A stretch of DNA of 64,000 bases from Callorhinchus milii (lineage: Eukaryota). Made by a program: the position numbers and the translations under genes. The notes below the pieces were generated by a model. That model was not told the DNA's origin and did not search any database. It worked only from the letters and a program-made list of their open reading frames with translations. The DNA lies in NCBI RefSeq assembly GCF_018977255.1, contig NW_024704742.1, positions 118,050,001-118,114,000 on the forward strand. Reading direction: 5' to 3'. Below are positions 51,801 to 64,000 of this stretch, one piece after another; position 1 is the stretch's first letter; every line of letters begins with the position of its first letter.

Positions 51801-52621
51801 CATTATATAAAGGGAGTCTAATCCACGGTATTGTATGGCTGTTTGTGGGATACTGCTGTGGGAAAATTGACTGTTCAATTTGCTTACAAAACACATTCAC
51901 TATACTTCACAGTAAATCCTGTGAAGCGCTCTGAAACATGCTCCAAACGTGAAAGCTGCAAAATCTAATGAAACAATGATTACTGGTTATTATTACCTGC
52001 TTAAATGCATTAAGTTAGAACCTACATCCTTAAATTATACAATGTTTTTTCATAGCTTGTTAAAACTGTGAGACAAGAGGTCAGATTGAAACAATACCTG
52101 TAGACATTATCCACTGTAAAGAGGAAAGGGATCTGATCCAAAATCATAGCATCAAAAATTGGCCATTTGGTCCATTGAGATGGTCACCAAGGTTTTAGGA
52201 CATGGTAGCTCTAACTTTCTATTCCCTTGTAAGACACTCTCCTGATCAGGACCAATAAGAGGTTTCACCCCAACCTATAAAGTCCATCTTTCTGTCAATA
52301 TGTAAACTGGGAAAGGGAAACTCAATGACCATTACAGATGTATAAAACCAATTCAGTAAATCGTAGAGATCGCAAAAGATTTAGATTCAAATAACTAAGC
52401 TCAGCATCAATTTAAAATAAGTTGGTATTCAGCAAAAGTGAATCAAAGACAAAAATACAACTTTAAAAACAGATCATGAGCAGAAAAACAAAAGACACCC
52501 TAAAAACAATCATTTTTTCCCTCATCATTCGTAGTCACATATCCTTCACTATGAAGCTTGGCCATATGAAGAAAATGACCCAATTCACACCATTCAGAAA
52601 TTACTTGGAGAGCACTTCTCG

Positions 52622-53150
52622 TAATATATAAAATTTGCTGACGATACAAAGCTCTCTGGCCAGGTGAATAATATGAGGAGGATGAACAGCATTAGAGAAA
52701 ATCTGGAACAATAAACCAGATGGTACAAGGAGCGACAGATGGATCTTAATGTACATTATGGCAATGCACATTGGAAGAAGAAACTGTAAACAAGTGTGTA
52801 CGATGAAGGAGTGTCTATTAGCAAAGATGGAGAAGGAAAAGGATTTGGGTGTGATTATTGATCATTCACTGAAGGGGTCCAGTCAATGTGAACCTGCTGT
52901 CAACAAAGCTAATTGAATACTAGCTTACGTCTCAAGGACATTTGACTATAACCCAAAAGAAGTTATTTTAACCTTGTACGCATCACTAGTGAGGCCATAT
53001 TTGGAAGACTGTGTATCATTTTAGGTAGCCTGCCTTTCAAAGGATATTGAAGTGATGGAAAAGATTCAGGAAGAGCAACATGGGACTTTGATGCAAAATT
53101 ATATTTAGAACTTTTACATTTTCAGGAGAGGCTTATAAACCTGAACTTAA
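52622..53150 (+). mobile_element. Degenerate CR1 RT fragment
   Basis: Encodes KFADDTKL (AAATTTGCTGACGATACAAAGCTC), EKDLGV and SLVRPYLE. Confidence 0.82.
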
Positions 53151-54414
53151 ATCTGCATCCCCCAAATCAAGTATATATCTAGACACAGTGCACATTACAA
53201 TATACATTTAGACACTGTCAAGTCCAAGACCAAAATACAAAGATACAGCTGCAAGTCCAAAAGTCTCAAAGGTGAAAAACAAATCCCTTTTGGTGGTGGT
53301 GAGTACATTTAAAAGAGAAAATCAAAGAGAGAGCAAATAAGAATTAGTATCCGAGTACACTAGAGGAATTAATGGTGTCTGAAATGGTAATTTAAGAACA
53401 GCAAGGTATTCAATATCCAAGCCAAACTTCTAAGAAGATCCTTTTTCTCATAATTAAATGCTGCTGTAGTGATTTTCTTTCTTCTCACAGTATGCTTATC
53501 AATTCTTGCTATTATTATCAGTACATGCAATTTGCTTCACAAAAGAGTGAGAATACTAGCTGAAGACAAAGTGGCTGATTTTAATTTATTTGTGGCATTC
53601 AACACAAAACATGAAAATAAGTTATTGTGGGACTCAGTTAAAATACTCTAGAATTAAGTCACCAAATATCACCCATTTCTAACGCAACAAACCCTCTGAA
53701 TTACCCTTCCTTAACAAACTAAGCTTTTCCCCACCCACACAATCAAGGGCTGACTGATTCTCAAAGTATAGAAATATAAAGAGATTTATTATATCTGCAA
53801 ATACAGTGCAGTCTCAGTATAAAGCAGGTGGCTGGGATCCACAGCCAGTTCCCACACTTAAAAAAAAAAGGCTGACATCAGGGTCATCAGGTTTCTGCCA
53901 ACATCAATTCCCATTTACTGTGGATGTGCAAAGTAGGATTTGATGTCATTGATGACCGGATGATTTGGAAGTAGGACATTTTGGTATCGCAGGAAGCTAA
54001 AATGCTAAATGTTCTTAAGGTCATTCAGAATTCCACTGACTTAATACCTTCTACATTGCACGTGTGCAGTAAGTGATGTCAGTGACAATCCAATGACCTG
54101 CAAGTCGGCCATTTTAACTCGAAAACTGGCTGGTGTGAGCGGGCTATCTGTGCACATACATAGTGAACGGCTTCCACATTGGAACCAAATTCCTGCTACA
54201 AAAAAGCTTGTTAATACAGGGTTTTATTGTGCCATGGAAACAGACTGCAACAGTGTGCCCTCCCTTGGGACAGAAGCACTTAATTCCAATCAAAATCATA
54301 TAAATGCAAATTTATTGTTTCAATTTATTTCCATTAAAACAATTCTGAATCTAAATATAAAATTTCTTGGCAATTAGCAACCCAAAAAGGGTCAGTTGTA
54401 AATAAGGAAAGAAT

Positions 54415-54930
54415 GCTCAGATGAGGAAGACCCTTTAGCCCATTTGACTCCATCTTTTCAAATACCCATCCTAGTGTCTTCCTATTTCTGCAGCAAGCAG
54501 TTTCTTAAGTAAGTCTAGTATCCTGGACTCAATCACTCTTCTTGGTAATCCATTCAAGCAGTTAATTACTCTCTATGTAAAGAAATACTTCCCGGTGTCA
54601 GTCCATACCATTTGCTTTAGGACACCGAATCTGTGCCCCCTTGATCAGCTTCAGCTGTCTTTTGGTATCTGAAAGTATTGTCCCAGTTTTATTTCTCCAT
54701 CTTGTTAAGCATCTTGGATATCTATGCAAAATCTTTTCTGAGTCGTTTTTTTTTAAAAAAGGCTGGAGCACTGGTTTATTTAGTCATTCCTCATATTGCC
54801 CTTATAACATTGAGTAGCAGCCTCATTGCTCTCTTGTGCAGCATTTCTAGGTCTGAGTGGCTCTATTCTGACACTGAGAGTGTATTTAGTACTCCAGATA
54901 TACTCTGACAAAGACTACGTGGACTAAAAT
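54415..54930 (-). mobile_element. Old CR1 3' fragment
   Basis: Degenerate reverse-strand CR1 3' region resembling 14308-15200. Confidence 0.55.
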
Positions 54931-55043
54931 GCACAATCTGCAAACCCAAGCCAATTATGTACACGAAGCATTGGAGTCCTTTTGGTCCATTGGTCCTTCT
55001 ACAGAACCCCTGAGGAATCTCACTCAATATCTTCACCGATTCT

Positions 55044-55317
55044 AAACAACAAAACAACATTGCATTTGTAGAGCGCCTTTCACGTCGGGAGGACGTCCCA
55101 AGGCGCTGGACAGTTGGGTCGGGACCCGAGCAGGGGGGAAATGGTCAGGGTGAGGGGAGGGAAGGGAGGGCGCGAGGAGGGAGTAGAGAGTCGAGAGGGG
55201 AGCTGAAGGCACGGTTGAAGAGAAAGGTCTTGAGACCGGCCTTGAAGGAGGAAAGGGAGGAAGCAAGGCGAAGGCACTGGGCAATGGAGTTCCAGAGCCT
55301 AGGGGCTGAGAGGCTGA
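55044..55317 (-). mobile_element. Young L2 3' end
   Basis: The terminal ~90 bp is almost identical to 42360-42450. Confidence 0.9.
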
Positions 55318-55457
55318 ACCAATGCTCCTTAGGATTAATGCTCCCTCTGCCACCTTCTCTTCAGTCAAGTCTAAGTCCACTTCTTCATTTGGATATCTGA
55401 GGTTTTAGTTATAAATATATATTATGTAGATATATACACATACATATACACACATAA

Positions 55458-55566
55458 ATAATAATCCTTGCATTTGATATAGCGCCTTACCGCGTCTTTG
55501 AGACGTCTCAAAGCATTTCACAGAATACACCGTAAAGTGAATTGACGGTATATTTTGTGGGCGAAA
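55458..55566 (-). mobile_element. SINE 3' fragment
   Basis: Reverse complement of the SINE tail consensus. Confidence 0.8.
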
Positions 55567-57521
55567 TATATAAATATATATGTATATGAAGCTGTTTTGT
55601 TGAATGCAAATTGTTTTTTTTTGTGGTTTGTAAAAGAGTATGTGTGGTACTACATGAAAGGTTTTGAAAGTCCAAGTAGAAGATGCACTACGTCACATGG
55701 CGCCTCACTGTGAATTTGGTAAAATTCTGAGGTTACCCATATAATATGTATCACAGTACATTCTATGTTGGTTGTCATTTATTAGGTTATTTTAATAATG
55801 CTCTCTTCTTTTGCTTCTGTTTATTGACTCCATTAGTTTTCCAATTACTGGGGGCAAGCTAATGGGTCTGTAGTAGTAGGGGTGGGTTTGTCATCCTTCT
55901 TGAATGCGGAAACCACATTAGCCAGTTTCCAGCTTGGGTAATTATTCCACCAAAGCTGAAATGAAACTATCAACTGCAACAAATTACTATAAACTATTTT
56001 TTGAATAATAGCACATGAATCCACAGTACCGAGTCTTGAACATTAAAACCAGCCAAATGTGTCAACCAGCTGCTACTTCTTCAAAAACACGGTAATATTT
56101 TTCCGTAGTTAAAATAAACAACTTTCCGACAGTAAGCGGCGCAGCAATTTCAATTCATGATTATATTTTTGAAATGGTCCATTGCGAAGCTGCAAAAGCT
56201 ACTGTATCGCAGTTAGAAGACAGTCCAAAATTAGAGTTGTAATACAAAAGATTAAACAGATGTAATTTTTATCTGAAGGATTTAACTACCTTAAATCTTT
56301 AACTACCTTAAATCGAAAATAATCATTTTGGATGAACCCAATTCCAAGATCAGCAAAAATACTATTTGCCTTTGTTAGTACTCTTTAATATATTTCAACT
56401 CTTGAAATCGACAAGGCCCTGTCGCTCATCTGATCTCATCCCTCCCTAATGTTCATCATCAAATTGCTTTTTAAATGACAGTTGACATTACTGTAAATCT
56501 GTGATATTTTGGTATGCAAGGTTCTTTATAACAAAAACTTTTAATTTGACTCTAAACAGAGTAAAAAAATCCAAGTTATATCAAAGGACTTGAAAGATCA
56601 CTTGCAAATCCAGTAACTCATTCCACTAATTTGCAAATTTATATGCACAGTATATTTGCTGAAGACAGGTTTTGGAATGTAACCATGACTATCGAATAAA
56701 CAAGGCAGATGTAGAAACAAGTTAAATATATATCCCAAGAACAATGCTTGGAATTACCAAACCCATTGAACCCACATTAACAGATTACCGACATCTTGCT
56801 AAACTACTATATTACTTTGCACTTTTGGTGAACTGTTGAAGCAAACAAAGTATATTGCAATGCCATTACCACAATTCCAATGATTCTAACCATCTCATCT
56901 TTTAAACCATGTTTGTCAAATTCTACCTTTACTTTTTACCTAAATATTCAGAAATAAACTCAAGCAAACAATTCGGATAAATGCTGTAATAAATGAAAAA
57001 AATAAAAAAAACTCAGTTATTCTGCACCAAAAGCAATCAGTTGTCCAATATATTCCAACAGCCCAAATTCAACTGAAATGGTTCAGAGAAGCAAAACAAT
57101 TTACTGCTTTCTCAGGACACAGTCAAGGCAATCTATACAACTGTACAACAGATTTAATCAAGTTATTTCTGTGGAATGATGTGCACATTAAAGTACTTAG
57201 CATTCCAGTATATTTGGCCTTCTAGGTTGGAGTGGCTATTAGATTTTATAGTTTTAACTGCACAATATATACAGTGCATCTACAACAAATTGTTGGAAGA
57301 CTCTTGAGAGTATTTCTCCACCAAACTTCTTTTTCAAACAAAGTTTATTGTGTGTATATTAAGGAATGACACATTATGGCTTTGTGCATTTCTTAGACTG
57401 CAATTTGTAAACTTGCTTATGGAACAAAAAATGCAATGTTGAAAACATATTGAAGAGTAGCACACAGTTTAAAAGCTTTTTCACCACTTAAAAAGGATTA
57501 ACATTCCATTGAAAAACCTAC

Positions 57522-57631
57522 ATCAATGATAGGAGATGTACTGGAAAGCGATAATCCTTCCAACTCAGCTGCTAAACTTGGAGATATCACCACTGGTTTA
57601 GGAAGGGCTACTGGTGCTGATACGTCGCTAA
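57522..57631 (-). CDS. AP3B1: AP3B1 coding exon (about human exon 22)
   Basis: ttttgcag|TT AGC...ATT GAT|gtaggt. 110 nt, phase 1 to 0. Encodes FSDVSAPVALPKPVVISPSLAAELEGLSLSSTSPIID. Confidence 0.92.
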
Positions 57632-58000
57632 CTGCAAAAAAATAAGAAATATTAATTAGAAAAGCAGAAGATCAAACATTCCTTGCCTGTGATTAAGAAA
57701 AGTGCTAAAGACAGATGATACTGTTACAAAGCTTCCCACAGTAGTCTTCTCTCTTGCTATAATTTTGTTGCATTGCTGTGGGCCAGAATCAAATTATACA
57801 TTTCAACTAAACTATTCACATATAGGAACTGAAAATTGCATTGTTACTAGACAAAATAACTACCGATACATCAATTGCAACTGATTATTGTTGAATAGTC
57901 CATTTCCACAGAAACTAATTACATTTTGTAAGGCCTTCTACTGCTTATTAAGTCCCCAGTTCCAACACATTACCTTTTGTGTTTTAGCACCAATACTTAC

Positions 58001-58076
58001 AGTCAAGCAAATCCAACAGTGAAACTTCCTGTTTAGTGGAAGCCTTGACCTGTAACACAGTTTTCTTCTCTTCCTT
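58001..58076 (-). CDS. AP3B1: AP3B1 coding exon with the clathrin-box motif (about human exon 21)
   Basis: ttaacag|AAG GAA...GAC T|gtaagt. 76 nt, phase 0 to 1. Encodes KEEKKTVLQVKASTKQEVSLLDLLD, matching the beta3A SLLDLD motif. Confidence 0.92.
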
Positions 58077-58740
58077 CTGTTAAACAAATAAAAGTCTATA
58101 TAAGCAGTCACTATCACTCTACAAGTGGTTTTAATTTAGAAAGGTATTACAAACAACAACACAAAATGCTCTAATTTTCACATCAGATTGAGCAGCGGTA
58201 AGAGATACTAAAAGCCAAAATACAACATCATGAAAAAACAGATTCAAAATTAAAGTGTATTATTAAAGAGTTAATGTTTTTTTTCTTTAATTTCAAGTTT
58301 AGTTATTGATGAAACTCAAACAACAATTCTATTCCTGGCCTATCTGTCCTCCAAAAAAAGGTTGGTTTTCATACCAACTTATTAGGCAAGGCAACAAGGG
58401 AATCAATGAAAACTGAACAGGTAGCAAGTTAAATTCGGTGCTTCGAATCAATGTTATTTTAAAAAAAGACTTGCTATAGTTGCAATATTACACCGCATTG
58501 GAGACGGCAGAAATTCTCCAAAGTAATTCTGCTGGCCAACTTCCAAGACAGAAGGCAGCTGGAAGAACAGTTGCTAGAGGGCATAGTTTCCCACTATATG
58601 CAAACATCACCAAGTTCAACTAAAACAACAGAAAAAAACCCACTGATGATCTGAGAACTGATCATCACAATTTCTTTTGACAACAGCAGTAACCAGATCA
58701 CGAAACTGATACCTATTTGGAAAACTTCAAATCTCAAAGT

Positions 58741-59046
58741 AATAATAATAATACTTTCCATTTGATATAGAGCCTTATCAGGTCGTTGGTACGCATCAAA
58801 GCGCTTCACAGGACATACTGTAAACTGAATTGACTGTATATTTTGTGGACGAAACGCAGCAGCCAATTGCGCACAGCAGTGTCCCACAAACAGTCATGGA
58901 TTAAGTGACCAATTTATTATTATTATTTGAAGGAATTATTATCCCTGGAGAAGCAATCCGCCAATTGACTAACACCCGGGTTCCTAATTACTGCTAGGTA
59001 AACAGAGGCACGAAGAGTAAGGAAACTTTGGCCCCTATGGGACTCC
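58741..59046 (-). mobile_element. tRNA-SINE, long variant, head largely deleted
   Basis: Tail, core and extra internal segment present. Confidence 0.85.
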
Positions 59047-60579
59047 ACGATCTAAAACTTCACAGGACAGTCAATGTTATTACCAATTTCATTCATCATC
59101 TTGCTGACTGTGATTCACTAAATTAAATCAAGCTTCTGTTCCAGTGCTCTGTTTCACTTGTCGTGGTGCATTAGGTAGTCAATGATAACTTGAAATATCT
59201 TGAAAATGCAGCACTCCTTTCTGTTTTTGTCCCTGGTTAGACCACTTCAGCTCGGAATTCAAATTCCTCCCATTCTCAACACAAAGAAACTAGTGGAAGC
59301 TACGTTCAACTGCTAAAATGCTACCCATTAACAAATTAGCTTTTAACCACCAAATTGTGGTCATAATAAAACCACATAGATTTGTGTTTTTAAATGCATG
59401 CATTTAAATCAAACCATTTTCATGAGTTTATGCAATAAAAAAAAATAGAAAGAACCCATGACATTCTAGTCGCTCTCCAAGCTTCTTCTGTGACAGACAG
59501 AATAAGTAACCGTCACAGAAAGGACCTAATAACAAAAACAAATAATGAAGTTAAAACCATATCCGATCAAATATTCCCGAATCAAGAGATTGATCCCAGT
59601 AATAGAGATGGAATCTAGATAAATGCATTTGTGGCACAAAGTAGGAGATTGAGGATTTCTCCAGGCCAATGCATAATTCATGGCCTCTGACTGCAAACTG
59701 TGTCAAATGAAAATTTCACACCACAGCATGAGCAATGGGGCTGCTGAGAAGGCAGATGAAATCGCATTCTACTGTGCAAATTTTATTTCTTACTCTACCC
59801 ATATTTATACAAAATCATCATTGACAAACCAAATGCATTGACAGATCTCCCACTGATATCATTTTGTTCATACTTAAAAACAGATCGAGTAGAAAGATAT
59901 AGACAATTTGTTTCTTTATATTTAAAATATGGATCAGAGGTTTTTTTAAACAGCTCAGTGCCTGCATTAGATTTGTCCGAGAACTGAGCTCTCTCTGCTG
60001 TTTGTTTTTCTCTTTAAGATCATGCAATACTGCACACTATCATGGCTTTACTGAAATGGTTTGTCAAATTATGCATTTCAATGCTACTGTCCATCAATTT
60101 TCTTTTTGCTCATTTGACACAGAGGACACACTAAATTCAGAACAGTGCAGAGACATGCTTTGAATTTTTGAAAACCTAGCAGAATTTTGTTATTTTGATA
60201 ACTGATAGCATATTAGCATCCACAACTCTTCTGCAATTTTTTGCCAGCAGGTAAACACTTGTATTATTGAATTTCCCCATTAATATGTTAATATAAATGA
60301 GTTTTAAAATTTCCTGTCTATTCTTTTCATCTATTTGCATCCCATATTAACCCTTTCATTGCCTAGATCTGCGCAGTTATAGGTATTCTACCGAGGTTTA
60401 TGACTGAATGTTGTCTTTCAATAAGGTTTTTAAATAAATTTGAATTCATTTCGCTCACAAAAACAAACATTTGTGTGCTATTAAAAGAACACAAATGAAG
60501 ACAGAATATTTTCTAGCCTTCAGCCACATCTCAGTCACTTGAGCGAAAATTGCCTATAAAAGTCAATCCAATTTACAGT

Positions 60580-61030
60580 AACAATAATACTTATATTTGA
60601 TATAGCGCCCTATCATGCCGACGAGACGTCTCAAAATGCTTCACGGGATACACTGTAAAGTGCAGTGACTGTATATTTTGCGAGTGAAATGTGGCAGCCA
60701 ATTACGCACAGCAGTGTCCCACAAATAGTCGTGGACTGAGTGCCCAAATTATTATTATTTTATGTATTTATTTGGAAGGGATTATTACCCCCAGAAAAGT
60801 GATCCACCAATCGACTAACAACCAGGTTCCTACTTACTCCTAGGTAAACAGAGGCGTGTGGAGTAAGGAAACTTGCCTAAGCCAGGGTATTAAACCCAGG
60901 TCCTCTCGCTTGCGAGGCAAGCACGTTAAACACTACACTACAGGACTTCAGTAACTCCTGTGAAGCGCTTTTAAGACGTCTCGATGACGTGATAAGGCGC
61001 TATTATCAAATTCAAAAAGTATTATTATTC
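60580..61030. mobile_element. Long-variant SINE at 60580-60948 (-) followed by a SINE tail at ~60955-61030 (+)
   Basis: Head CTACAGGAC (reverse), internal segment and two tails. Confidence 0.87.
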
Positions 61031-61899
61031 GCAACATATGCCACAATGTTGCAAAACAATGTCATTAACTTTTAGTTGATTTAAAACATTACAATTATTC
61101 TACTTTATGTTTGTCAGAAATTTAGACAGGAATAGTATTAACACATGTTTCATTTGCCTGAATTTATGACATTTAATATTGGTAGTACAAAGCAAAAAAC
61201 ATGCCTAATATCCTACCGCTCACACTTGTTTTAGTCAGCTGGGTGTGACACCTCCAGAAACTTATCACTGTGCTTGAGAATCCAAACCTGATATGCATAT
61301 CACTTACACATGGACATTTCCATATGTTTGGGATGGAATATCTCCAGAGGGACACTCTTGCTTACCTAATTCCGGAAAGTATTAGATCCAGGTTGGAGAG
61401 ATCCAAGGTACGGGAACCTAGAATGTGTGTTGGGGTACTGCTGAAATTTAACCAGTTATTGAGAGCCATTCTGCCCTGCACCCTGGAACTTCATCCTGGA
61501 AACCTTCTGCTTAAATCGTCTGCCTCACACCCTGCCTATCTCTAAACCTTTGTTGTTGAGCCCACTTTTGGTCACCGCCCCCACCCCCCACCCCCACAAC
61601 ACCTTCCTCAGCATTCTCCACCCACTGAGGCATCCTCATGATGTGAAAGAAAGCTACATAAATGCAAAATTGGCATTGTTTTTTGTGGGTTCCACTCCAC
61701 CACTCATTCTATTGAAGTTTCATTTTGGCATATCCTATAATTGGAAAGTTTACGTAACGTACCAATGACTAAATTGTTGAGATTACAACTAGCAAGACAA
61801 ACTCTTAAAGTATACCTTATAAACTCCTTCAAACCCGTGAATTTATGTCCACCCACAATTTTGTGTTTTATATTAAAATTTCCATGAAACACCTTACTG

Positions 61900-62026
61900 T
61901 AATAACAATAATGTTTGCATTTGATATAGTCTGATCACGTCTTCAAGACATCTCAAAGGGCTTCACAGGATATACAGGATAAAGTGAATTGACTGTTTTG
62001 TGGGCGAAACATGGCAGCCAATTGCC
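61900..62026 (-). mobile_element. SINE 3' fragment
   Basis: Reverse complement of the SINE tail and part of the core. Confidence 0.75.
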
Positions 62027-62830
62027 CCCTATTCTGTGACTCCTTGCCTTAGTCACTTACTGCCACATGAAAACTTGTCAAAAGCTTTCTGAAAATCCAA
62101 GATCTATAATACCAAAGCCATACCCTTGTCCACTTTATCAGTAATATCTTCAAAAGAAGGTTGGTTAAACATGACCTTCCTTTCTGAATCCAAGCTGACT
62201 GTCCTTCAACAAGTTAGGATTGTTCAAGCGTTTGCCCCATTCGATTTACCAGAATTGTGTCAAAGATTTTCCCAACATGCATGGTCACAGAATATGTACA
62301 ATATTTCAGAATAAAGCAAAAGACAGTTTGGAAATAAAAAAAAGGTAGTTGTTGGAAGTCAAGATATTAATCTCGGGGTTCATGAAATTCAGCTTTAGAA
62401 TCTGCTAGAGTAGACATTGGCTTGGCTGATTGGGAAAAACATCAAGCATAAACCCAGTTGCATAGGAAGTCTCTTAGTACCAGAAATCCAAATAAATTAT
62501 TTTAGTTCTTCAGATACAGACGCCAGCTCCATAACCCCAAATCGCAATGAGCAAGCTTTAAAAATTAGAGAATTTGTAGAAGAACTTTTTTTTAAAAAAA
62601 TGAAGCACAAGGGCCATGATTCAATCCGAAACCCTCAAAATACCTTCCTTGCCACAGCAATTTTATTTTGTCCACAATGGAGGTGAAAAATGATGTTAAA
62701 ATATGCCAAATAATCATTTTCACAATATATAAAGAAAAAAAAATCACTATTGATATCTAGCAGCATTTGTTTTCACCTGCTCATCTTGCCTACTTTAGTA
62801 ATAAAAGGAATGCATTACGTAGATTCCTAC

Positions 62831-62984
62831 CTGTCGTTTTACTACGTTTTCTGGCTCAGAGTCACTCTCAGATGCAGATTCTGAACTTTCTTCTGAACTT
62901 TCCTCTGATTCAGAAGAAGTTGCAGCTTTTGTCTTTTTGGATTTAGTTTCAGGTTGTATCCCATTTTGTGAGTCATTGTTTTCA
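62831..62984 (-). CDS. AP3B1: AP3B1 coding exon, acidic Ser/Glu hinge (about human exon 20)
   Basis: Acceptor ctccag|T GAA AAC, donor CGA CAG|gtagga. 154 nt, phase 2 to 0. Encodes ENNDSQNG...SSESEESSEESSESASESDSEPENVVKRQ. Confidence 0.85.
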
Positions 62985-64000
62985 CTGGAGAAAGGGGGAG
63001 ATGGGATATTAATTTTTATTTTTTCCATATTTATCACTTGCCACCAGAGGTCACTGCTTGGATAACTGATCTCCAGCTTCTTCCATAACTCGAAATGCAG
63101 AGCCCTCCTTCCGTACAGCCACAATGAGGAAGCTAAACAAGATTGATGATGAGATGTGACAAATGTAACCCTCAAGGAACAGTTATTCAATTATAAATAA
63201 AAAAATTGATATGTAGTATTCAAAAAAAACAGCTTTCATTCATATTTCATCTTTCATGTTGGAAAACATCTCAAAAGAGAGCCAAAGCAAGGTAGAAGCT
63301 TTTGTTTTTGGGTGAGGGGGGGGGGAGAAGAGGAAGAAAAGAGAAGCAGTAAAAGGAAGGTGACTGAGGTGCAGTCAAAAAGGTAGGTTAGAAGAGTTCT
63401 GAAAGCAGAGAGAGAGAGAGAGATGCAAGGCAGAGGGATTTAGACAGCGGCTGAAAGCTCACTTCCAAATGGTGGTGTGGAGGGGGCAGCGGGCATGAAG
63501 CAGGACCGAGTTAGCAGAGTGAGTAGCAGCATAGGAGATTACAAAGGTAGGGTGTGGCAAAGACATATGCAGGCATTTTAAAGTTAGAACAAGGTTCCTG
63601 AAATCAATATGCTAGGAAATAGGTACCTGTTGATTATGTAGGCGAAATATGTGTGGAGTCTGGTGCAAGAAATGTATGGATTTTGGAGTTCTAGTGAGCA
63701 GGGGCAGAATGGTTATCAATAGAACTGGGGAGCAGTGTCTATTTATCAGTATCAAACGATCCACTTTAAAAGCTTTCCTGGACTCACCTATAAAACAAGC
63801 GTTTCTGGACAATGGCAGAAATATATGTCTGTGTGTGTGTTTAAATTCTGGAGTAATTTGTGTAGCCAATTGCTACCTTTTCTTGGTTCTTTTGATAGCT
63901 AACGGATGTTTACCCTGCTACAGAGAATTTCGAATGCTAATCTAATGAACCAAATTTACTGGTAACTGGCTTTTCAACTTTTGCAGCAATGAAAGCCAGT

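Noticed and set aside
53780..54160. Block with TGACATCA/TGATGTCA inverted motifs and GCCATTTT
   Set aside because: It may be an old repeat, but I could not define termini, a TSD or extended pairing.

Overview
This is AT-rich vertebrate genomic DNA. The repeats (tRNA-headed Deu-type SINEs with (TTA)n tails, L2 LINEs with (TTG)n tails, CR1 LINEs) suggest a cartilaginous fish, probably a chimaera such as Callorhinchus; this is inference. The window holds the last eight coding exons of AP3B1 on the minus strand (62984 down to the stop at 4080), with GT-AG introns and a probable 3' UTR of about 2 kb. Most ORFs in the supplied track are repeat-derived or spurious. Main observations: (1) a frameshift, apparently a 2-nt deletion, at ~34703 in one AP3B1 exon; (2) a 240-bp palindromic insert with a 13-bp target-site duplication and decayed minimal hammerhead ribozyme motifs on both strands; (3) a 3' hairpin shared by the SINEs and L2, with a compensatory base pair; (4) a pogo/Tigger-like MITE with internal CpG-rich repeats; (5) two local inverted duplications; (6) several enhancer-like non-coding blocks and a strong CTCF motif. 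I found no convincing new multi-gene system.
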